Shown: one piece after another, positions 8,520-14,953 of the stretch
Numbering within the stretch: position 1 is the stretch's first letter
How the letters are laid out: each line of letters starts with the position of its first letter
Assembly (NCBI GenBank): GCA_049971295.1
Contig: JBMFLH010000047.1
Span: forward strand, 1-14,953
Length of the DNA: 14,953 nt
Reading direction: 5' to 3'
Source of the DNA: Candidatus Ratteibacteria bacterium
GTDB lineage: Bacteria > Ratteibacteria > UBA8468 > B48-G9 > DTJG01
Translations under genes and position numbers: made by a program
Notes under the pieces: model-generated
The model's input: the letters and a program-made list of their open reading frames with translations, nothing else
Told to the model about the DNA's origin: nothing
Database searches by the model: none

Positions 8520-9650
8520 TGCTGGCTGGTCTTTGATATTCTTCAGTGCGTACCTTGCAGCATCGATAAGTTCGCTATATGGATAAAAGAGCACAATTTG
8601 CAAAAAACATTCCTTTGCCTTTCTTATCTCGCCCCTTTCAAGGTAAATTTTCCCAAGATTATAAAGGGCATTGTCAGCGAGTTTACTGAATGGATTTTTT
8701 CTGATGAATCTTTTGTACGCAATGATAGCCTCATCAATAAGACCATGCTGGGATAATATTTCAGCAAATTTATAGTCATAAAATGGCGGTATGGAAACAT
8801 CAGGATACTTCCTGATACATTCTCCAAAAAGAATGGCTGCTTCTCTTTCATCCTTATTTTGAATCAACTGTCCAATTTCTTTTTCCTTCTTGAATAGTTC
8901 GACCTGGTCATCAAAAGGTATCATCTTCATTGGGATTTCACCGACAATTCTTGAAAGAGCATTTTTCCCGGATGCAACATTGCGAATATACATTGCCTGC
9001 TGAAATATTTTTGTCAAAAGTCCGATAGCAATGCCTGCTAAAAATCCACCAACATGCGCTCCAAAAGCAACACCAGATACTGCTGTCACATTCGTATTAA
9101 CCAGCATCCCAACCAGTTGCTGAACAAACCATATTGATATCCAGAACCAGGCAAAAATATCAAAGGTTCCTGAGTAAACCCTGTAAAACGCGAAAATAGA
9201 ATACCAGAAAGTGATGTTACTACGCGGAAACAAAACCAGATACGCGCCGAGCACGCCTGAAATTGCACCAGATGCTCCGATAGACGGAACTGACCTCGCC
9301 TGGCCATAAGTAAAAGTCCCGTAAAAAACAGCTGCAATCACGCCCGAAAATAAATAAAATAAAAGGTACGGAAAATGTCCCCATCTATCTTCAATGTTGT
9401 CACCCATCAGGTACAGATACCACATGTTTCCGATCAGATGCATGATTCCTCCATGCAGAAACATTGATGTAAATATGGTCAACCAGGAAAATCTATCAGG
9501 AATAAAGCCAAATCTATTTACGATTTCCTGATAGGAACTACTCAATCCATACAGAAAAAACACGCAAACATTAATAAAAATAATAGTATAGTTAACTATT
9601 GGAAGTTTCTTTACTCCAAATTCATCACGGACAGGCCATAGAAAAAACAT
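8508..9650 (-). CDS. Rhomboid family intramembrane serine protease with C-terminal TPR domain
   Basis: FTSMFLHGGIMHLIGNMWYL, catalytic GASGAISG and AHVGGF; C-terminal TPR helices (ALYNLGKIY...AKECF..IV..YPYS). ATG 9650 is preferred over GTG 9653 on SD AGGAG spacing. Confidence 0.93.
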   Translation of the reverse strand: MFFLWPVRDEFGVKKLPIVNYTIIFINVCVFFLYGLSSSYQEIVNRFGFIPDRFSWLTIFTSMFLHGGIMHLIGNMWYLYLMGDNIEDRWGHFPYLLFYLFSGVIAAVFYGTFTYGQARSVPSIGASGAISGVLGAYLVLFPRSNITFWYSIFAFYRVYSGTFDIFAWFWISIWFVQQLVGMLVNTNVTAVSGVAFGAHVGGFLAGIAIGLLTKIFQQAMYIRNVASGKNALSRIVGEIPMKMIPFDDQVELFKKEKEIGQLIQNKDEREAAILFGECIRKYPDVSIPPFYDYKFAEILSQHGLIDEAIIAYKRFIRKNPFSKLADNALYNLGKIYLERGEIRKAKECFLQIVLFYPYSELIDAARYALKNIKDQPALEG

Positions 9651-9667
9651 CACATTCTCCTGTTTTC

Positions 9668-9703
9668 TGATAAAATTATAATATGAATAAAAACGATCGT
9701 AAA
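9668..9703. promoter_or_regulatory. Overlapping divergent promoters (rhomboid / GT9)
   Basis: + strand extended -10 TGaTAAAAT (9668-9676). - strand TATAAT (9680-9675) with TTTACG (9703-9698) at 17 bp. Confidence 0.5.
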
Positions 9704-10606
9704 AATGCCCTGGTAATAAGACCTGGAAGTTTAGGAGACACTATCGCAACAATTCCTGTCTTTTTATCTTTGAAACATGCATCTTTTAATGTCTATCATA
9801 TAGGTAGAGAAAATGTCAACAGGTATTTAGAATATAAAGGCATCATAAAAAAAGGAATTGATTTCAGTGATACCAGGTTGATAGATTATTTTAATGAAAC
9901 AAAAAAATTAGATATCCCTGATTTCCCTGACTTTGACCTTGTTTTGTGCTACATTGAGCCAGAATGCAAGTTTTCTCAAAACTTAAGTTTGACATATGGA
10001 AATAAGATTATCTTTCACCCATTATCAGAACACATATCCACCCACATTACGGATTTCCTTCTTGCGCCATTAAAAAAATATGGCATAAGTACCTTTTATT
10101 ATACGCCTCCAACAAGAAAAGAAAACAGGAATGTTTTTTTCATTCATCCCGGTAGCGGCAGTAAAAGGAAAAACTGGCCAGTAGAAAATTTTGCAGCAGT
10201 TTTTAAAATCATAAACAAGAGCCTTGACTGTAAAATTCTAATCGGCGAATGTGAACAAGAACAAAAAAATTTTTGGATACATAACGCAGGAACTCAAAAT
10301 ATCATTGAAACGCAGGATTTAATTTCTCTGGCAGAAGTCCTTGAAAAAGGAAAATATTTCCTCGGAAATGATTCAGGAGTTTCGCATCTTGCAGCATTTT
10401 TGGGTTTACAGTGTTTTATAATTTTCGGTCCAACTGACCCAGCTATATGGGCACCCAAAGGTAAAAATGTGAAAATTATAAAAACATCTGTTGAATGTGC
10501 ACCATGTAGCAGAGAAAAAAGGTCTAACTGTTTAACTCTCATCTGCTTGCAGGAAATCAAAATTCATCATACTATATCAATGATTGAAAGACATCTAAGC
10601 TTATAA
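9683..10606 (+). CDS. Glycosyltransferase family 9 (ADP-heptose:LPS heptosyltransferase-like)
   Basis: RPGSLGD, HPGSGSKRKNWP and GNDSGVSHLAAFLG....IFGPT motifs. Confidence 0.9.
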   Translation: MNKNDRKNALVIRPGSLGDTIATIPVFLSLKHASFNVYHIGRENVNRYLEYKGIIKKGIDFSDTRLIDYFNETKKLDIPDFPDFDLVLCYIEPECKFSQNLSLTYGNKIIFHPLSEHISTHITDFLLAPLKKYGISTFYYTPPTRKENRNVFFIHPGSGSKRKNWPVENFAAVFKIINKSLDCKILIGECEQEQKNFWIHNAGTQNIIETQDLISLAEVLEKGKYFLGNDSGVSHLAAFLGLQCFIIFGPTDPAIWAPKGKNVKIIKTSVECAPCSREKRSNCLTLICLQEIKIHHTISMIERHLSL

Positions 10607-10618
10607 CAGAGTATAATC

Positions 10619-10945
10619 ATGAATAAAAAAATAAATTTAATGTCTGTAATTCTATTGCTTGCTTTTATTTTGGTTGGAGGATGTGGGAGAAAAGATACTG
10701 GAACAATAGAAGAAAAAGCAAAACAAACAGGTGCAAAAACATTGGAAAAGTTAAAAGCCACTGTACATCAGGATAATCTTCTGTACCTGAAAAATAAAAT
10801 CAATACCTATAAGAGGCAAAACGGAAAATATCCTGATTTACTTCAGCAACTGGTTAATGAAGGGTTTATTGACAAAATTCCTGACGCCCCCTCTGGTATG
10901 CAATATCAATATAACCCGTCAACAGGGCAATTGACCTTGAAATAG
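10619..10945 (+). CDS. Small predicted lipoprotein with a pseudopilin (GspG/ComGC-like) globular segment
   Basis: Signal peptide ends in LVGG-C22. C-terminal INTYKRQNGKYPDLLQQLV..GFI.KIP..P.G..YQY resembles pseudopilin heads. Confidence 0.65.
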   Translation: MNKKINLMSVILLLAFILVGGCGRKDTGTIEEKAKQTGAKTLEKLKATVHQDNLLYLKNKINTYKRQNGKYPDLLQQLVNEGFIDKIPDAPSGMQYQYNPSTGQLTLK

Positions 10946-10971
10946 AGGTAAGTTTATGGTAAAAAAAATTG

Positions 10972-10980
10972 TGATATAAT
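10972..10980 (+). promoter_or_regulatory. Extended -10 promoter upstream of tRNA-Pro
   Basis: TGaTATAAT ends 13 nt before the tRNA 5' end. Confidence 0.65.
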
Positions 10981-10993
10981 AATATTATGGAAA

Positions 10994-11068
10994 CGGGGCG
11001 TAGCGCAGCTGGCTTAGCGCGCTTGGTTTGGGACCAAGAGGTCCCCAGTTCAAATCTGGGCGCCCCGA
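10994..11068 (+). tRNA. tRNA-Pro(TGG)
   Basis: Acceptor stem CGGGGCG/CGCCCCG with discriminator A; anticodon arm CTTGG-TTTGGGA-CCAAG; T arm CCCAG-TTCAAAT-CTGGG; CCA not encoded. Confidence 0.96.
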
Positions 11069-11079
11069 TATTCAAAAAT

Positions 11080-12708
11080 ATGAAAAAAAATCTTCTCGTG
11101 TATTTTCTCGTATATATTGGTCTATCATCCGCAAAATTATTTTCAGCAAGTATTGAAGTGCCAAACATTACAATACAAAACCCATCAACACAGCAAATCG
11201 TAGATGTAAACATCACCTGCTCTTCAGAAAAAATTTTTGTAGGATATCAGATAACTCTCCAGTATAACCCGCAAATCTTAAAACTTATTGATGTTACAAA
11301 AGGTCCTCTGGTTGGTTCGTTTACTGTGTTGGTAAATATAAATACCCCTGGCATAATCAGAATTGCAGGATTTCATCCAATGCTTTCTGGAACTTCAGGA
11401 AGTGGAATTCTTTCAATTTTACGTTTTCAAATTCTGCAGCAGGGAAATTCAAATCTGATTCTTTCTTCTGTGAAACTATCTGACCCCTCAGGTCAGACAA
11501 TACCATGCTCTGTTGGATCCGGCAGCATTAAAGCTGGCGAAACGCTACAGAAACCAGAAAAATCACAGGAAACAACGCCAAAACCTGATTCTTCACCTGA
11601 TAAAACACCAACTGCACAAAAATCGCAGACCACAATCATTCCTGGTCAAGAAATAAAGCCATTTGTTCCAAAACCCATTGAAACCCCATGGCCAGAGGCA
11701 CAAAATCTTGATATTGATACCTTTCTTGCAATGCAAGAATCAATGGACCACATTGAAACCCACAAAGAACAACCGCAAACAAGGCCATCAAACAGTGTGA
11801 CTCTTCTTGTTTTTTCTGACTTTGGAAATCCTGTACCACCTGCTGGTATTACCACGTTTGTGAAAGGCGAAAAAGTTAACTGTAGCGTTGAATCAGAAGT
11901 CCTTGTCAGTGATACTGAAAAGGTCGTGTGTACGGGATGCGAAGGAAAGGGTTCTGCCTACAACACGAAGAACAACAGTATTTCCTTTGTTATTGATAAG
12001 GACTCGAAAATTATCTGGAAATGGAAAAAAGTCCCAGTAGAACCTGGCTTTTTAATAGACACACCCTCTGAAATAAATTTTGAATTTTCAAAAAAAGAAG
12101 TTTCCATCCCGGTAAAAGTTAGATTTCTGGGCGGACTTACTGACACAATATTTTTGGAAACAGCCAGCAAATTTGACATAACATTTTCTGACACATGTTT
12201 AACCCCTGAGAAAAAAGAGACTTCGGCCGTCATCAAAATACACGACAATTTTTCAGCAGGGAAATATTCAATATCAATTTATGGAAAAACAAAGGACAAA
12301 AAATTACAAGCAGAAAAATCCATCACCGTCATGGTGCCTGTATTTGCCTTTTTTGGAGAAGTAAGTTCAAACGAAACGGATAAATTGATTATGATTCCTG
12401 TTATGCTTAATGGCAATGTAAAAAACATTTCAAGTTTTGAAATTATTATGGAAGCACCGGAAGAGGTCAAATTTGTTAGAATTGAATCTATGCCTGGAAT
12501 AAAGATTATGAACGGTTTTGTTCAAAAAGGAAAATATTTGAAAATCAGTGGCGGACTCATACCCCCAGTAGATATAAAAGACAGAAAACTTTTCAGTGTT
12601 ATTCTATCATATTCAAAAACACCTGCGGAAAATCAGTTTAAACCTGTTCGTGTTTTTTTATGGGACCAGCACGGTGAAAAAATACCGACCCAAACACAGA
12701 TAAAATGA
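11080..12708 (+). CDS. Secreted cohesin-domain protein (cohesin - P/T/Q linker - small beta domain - Ig-like - probable second cohesin), 542 aa
   Basis: True start is ATG 11080 (the track's 10987 start runs through the tRNA). Signal peptide, then a cohesin pattern VDVNI......GYQITLQYNPQILKLIDVTKG...GIIRIAG.....GSGILSILRFQI......LILSSVKLSDPSG. C-terminal IPVML....ISSFEI....EVKF.......G.LKISG......LFSV.L.Y....V.LWDQHGEKIP. Confidence 0.8.
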   Translation: MKKNLLVYFLVYIGLSSAKLFSASIEVPNITIQNPSTQQIVDVNITCSSEKIFVGYQITLQYNPQILKLIDVTKGPLVGSFTVLVNINTPGIIRIAGFHPMLSGTSGSGILSILRFQILQQGNSNLILSSVKLSDPSGQTIPCSVGSGSIKAGETLQKPEKSQETTPKPDSSPDKTPTAQKSQTTIIPGQEIKPFVPKPIETPWPEAQNLDIDTFLAMQESMDHIETHKEQPQTRPSNSVTLLVFSDFGNPVPPAGITTFVKGEKVNCSVESEVLVSDTEKVVCTGCEGKGSAYNTKNNSISFVIDKDSKIIWKWKKVPVEPGFLIDTPSEINFEFSKKEVSIPVKVRFLGGLTDTIFLETASKFDITFSDTCLTPEKKETSAVIKIHDNFSAGKYSISIYGKTKDKKLQAEKSITVMVPVFAFFGEVSSNETDKLIMIPVMLNGNVKNISSFEIIMEAPEEVKFVRIESMPGIKIMNGFVQKGKYLKISGGLIPPVDIKDRKLFSVILSYSKTPAENQFKPVRVFLWDQHGEKIPTQTQIK

Positions 12709-14672
12709 GACAGATATTTTTTAAAAATTTTTTCTGCACAGCGTTTTTCATTTTGTTGCTCTTCACCGCATATGCAACCTGCCAGGCAAAATGGACAGTG
12801 ATGATATACCTCGATGGAGATAATAATCTTGAAAAGTACGCAATCAATGATTTTCTTGAAATATCTTCAGTTGGTTCAACGTCAGAAGTAAATTTTGTTG
12901 TCCAGTTTGACAGGATTGCAGGTTATGACACAAGATATGGAAACTGGACAAATACCCAGAGATTTAGAATAAGCAAAGATATGGAACCAACAATTGATAA
13001 CGCAATTTCTGATTGGGGCGATGGATTTGGTGGGCGAGAAACAAATTCTGGAGACCCTGAAACGCTCTCTTCATTTATAAGATGGGCAAAACAAAATTAT
13101 TCAGCAGAGCATTATGCTTTAATTCTTTGGGACCATGGAGATGGATGGAAAACATTGAATGATGTTGCAGAAAATATCCAACTGCAACTAAAACAACCCG
13201 AACTTTCCCATCAAGAAAAAATTTCTCTTGAAAAAACGCTCAAGGAATTGAAAAGAAAAATTCATTCCAGACGATATCAGAAAAGTATGTGTTTTGATTA
13301 TACCTCATCAGATGAACTCACTCTGAAAGAAATAAGACAGGCTCTTTCTTCTGAAAATTGTAATGTTGACATCATTGGATTTGATGCCTGTCTTATGGGA
13401 ATGGTAGAAATAGCATATGAAGTAAGAAATTTCGCAGCCTATATGGTCAGCTCTGAAGAAACAATCATGGTAACAGGCTTCCCTTATGATTCAATTGCCC
13501 AGGATATTGTTAATAACCCTGCAATTACACCTGAAGAATTTGCAAGACGTATTGTCCAGCATTACACTGATTTTTACGGTCACTATAGCACAGAAACATT
13601 AGCAGCGATAAACCTTTCCTTAATGAGCCAGATTTATGAGGCAATAAACTCGTTGTGCACATCTGCGATAGAACTTGATAATCAATGGATTTACTTTTAT
13701 ATCGCCCTTTCAAAAACCCCGCATTTTGATGACCAGGATTATAAAGATTTGAAAACTTTCATTGAGGAGATCACTTTTAATGCATCAGACCAGACGATTG
13801 TAAATGAAGCAAACCACATTATCAATATCCTTAATGACGCAATCATAGAAAATTTTGGTGGCACAGCAGGAAAAGGACTGTCAATTTATTTCCCTGATAA
13901 AACAGCAGGAATTTCACCAGAGTATAACCCAGAAAATCTTGAATTTGCCAGTGGAACGTGGAAAAGTTTCCTTGAAAAATTTTCAACTGCAAATATATCA
14001 AACGGGTTTACAGCTTTATTGCTGGAAACATTTGACTCAGGCATACCGACAAACTGGACAATTGTTGACGGAAATAATGATAACAAAACCTGGATGACTA
14101 CAAATCCAAAAAATAGAGTAATTTCAAATCTTGATAGCCCCTTTGCGATTGTTGATAGCGATTGGGCTGGTAGAGTGCGGATGAATGAACAGTTGATTAC
14201 AAAAACCATCAGTATCGATGGCTCAAAAAGAATATTTCTTGCGTTTGACCATTATCTCAAATCATATGGTACAGAAATTGCTGATGTGGATATAAAGGTT
14301 GATTCAGGCGAGTGGCAGAATCTCGTAAGGTACCAGTATCAGGATGTTAGTGGTCTTTTAATTTTTCCACTCAATCCCTATATCAATAAAACAGGTAGCA
14401 CGCAAATACAAATCAGGTGGAACTATCAAAATGCATATGATGCATATTACTGGGCTATTGACAACATTCGTATTCTACAGGAATCAGGGATACCCAAAAA
14501 AGGCGACTTAACAGGAGATGGCACGATTGATATTTCCGATGTAATACTATGCCTTCGTATGGCGATAGCACTTGACCCAATGAATGTTGAATTTGCGAAT
14601 ATGAATGATGACCAAGTTGTTGATATCTTAGATGTAATACTGATTTTGAGAAAGGCAATAGGACTTGATTAA
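12705..14672 (+). CDS. Secreted clostripain-family (peptidase C11) cysteine protease with a beta-sandwich adhesin/MAM-like domain and a C-terminal dockerin
   Basis: KWTVMIYLDGDNNLE, LILWDHGDGW (catalytic His, codon 13134), DIIGFDACLMG (catalytic Cys, codon 13389), SEE, GLSIYFP. Then ETFDSGIPTNWTIVDGNND domain, and a duplicated Ca-loop/helix GDLTGDGTIDISDVILCLR / ANMNDDQVVDILDVILILR. ATGA overlap with the upstream gene. Confidence 0.92.
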   Translation: MRQIFFKNFFCTAFFILLLFTAYATCQAKWTVMIYLDGDNNLEKYAINDFLEISSVGSTSEVNFVVQFDRIAGYDTRYGNWTNTQRFRISKDMEPTIDNAISDWGDGFGGRETNSGDPETLSSFIRWAKQNYSAEHYALILWDHGDGWKTLNDVAENIQLQLKQPELSHQEKISLEKTLKELKRKIHSRRYQKSMCFDYTSSDELTLKEIRQALSSENCNVDIIGFDACLMGMVEIAYEVRNFAAYMVSSEETIMVTGFPYDSIAQDIVNNPAITPEEFARRIVQHYTDFYGHYSTETLAAINLSLMSQIYEAINSLCTSAIELDNQWIYFYIALSKTPHFDDQDYKDLKTFIEEITFNASDQTIVNEANHIINILNDAIIENFGGTAGKGLSIYFPDKTAGISPEYNPENLEFASGTWKSFLEKFSTANISNGFTALLLETFDSGIPTNWTIVDGNNDNKTWMTTNPKNRVISNLDSPFAIVDSDWAGRVRMNEQLITKTISIDGSKRIFLAFDHYLKSYGTEIADVDIKVDSGEWQNLVRYQYQDVSGLLIFPLNPYINKTGSTQIQIRWNYQNAYDAYYWAIDNIRILQESGIPKKGDLTGDGTIDISDVILCLRMAIALDPMNVEFANMNDDQVVDILDVILILRKAIGLD

Positions 14673-14748
14673 AATTTTAATTAAAAAGCGTAATTATTTA
14701 GAAAATTTAAAGAGGGCAGACATACTAAAAAGTTAAAAGGGGAAAAGC

Positions 14749-14953
14749 GTGAGATACTTAGAAAAATTAAAAACTTTATATGTGTGTATTTTTTTGTTCG
14801 GTGTCTCTTCTTTTGCAGTGACAGTTTCAATCCCGAATACTAATGCCAATCCAGGGACTGCGACTGTTGAAATTCCGATTAATATTGATAATGCAACTGG
14901 TGTTGCAGGATTTCAATTTACAGTAACTTTTGATAACACCATTTTGAATGCAA
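14749..14953 (+). CDS. Secreted cohesin-domain protein, 5' part only (runs off the right edge)
   Basis: GTG at 14749 after SD AAGGGG. Translation MRYLEKLKTLYVCIFLFGVSSFA-VTVSIPNTNANPGTATVEIPINIDNATGVAGFQFTVTFDNTILNA is a signal peptide plus a typical cohesin N-terminus. Not in the ORF track. Confidence 0.85.
   Translation, partial: MRYLEKLKTLYVCIFLFGVSSFAVTVSIPNTNANPGTATVEIPINIDNATGVAGFQFTVTFDNTILNA

Noticed and set aside
8371..8586. 71-aa ORF (EPTGRFELPTRRLRSDCSTTELRG)
   Set aside because: Translation of the antisense strand of tRNA-Thr; a common artefact.
11080..11092. A8 tract at the start of the scaffold gene as a phase-variation switch
   Set aside because: A7-A8 runs occur throughout the window and MKK starts are normal for signal peptides.
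10866..11216. 116-aa minus-strand ORF, and the 10987 start of the cohesin gene
   Set aside because: Both are translations across tRNA-Pro.
14669..14686. Overlapping AT-only palindromes after the protease stop codon
   Set aside because: No GC stem, so a poor terminator; expected by chance in AT-rich DNA.
1..14953. CRISPR array, long tandem repeats, integrase/prophage genes or riboswitch
   Set aside because: None was seen by eye, and intergenic spaces are short; a covariance-model search was not possible.

Overview
An AT-rich, densely coding bacterial chromosomal segment (standard code 11; TolC and a GT9 heptosyltransferase-like gene imply a diderm envelope). In order: a partial unknown gene and a stand-alone IS630-type HTH gene (- strand), divergent from an atypical chorismate-synthase-family gene; a TetR-TolC-MFP-RND efflux operon with a perfect palindromic operator; tRNA-Thr(CGT); a rhomboid-TPR protease; a GT9 glycosyltransferase; a small lipoprotein with a pseudopilin-like domain; tRNA-Pro(TGG); and a secreted cohesin/dockerin cluster. 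That cluster holds a probable two-cohesin scaffold protein, a clostripain (C11) protease with a C-terminal dockerin, and the start of another cohesin protein that the ORF track missed. The best candidate novel system is this non-cellulosomal, protease-carrying cohesin-dockerin complex. Next are the AroC-like protein, which has a rewritten catalytic motif (GESHG->GGSYQ) and a ~65-aa insertion, and the possibly domesticated transposase HTH beside it. All assignments come from manual motif recognition; no searches were run.
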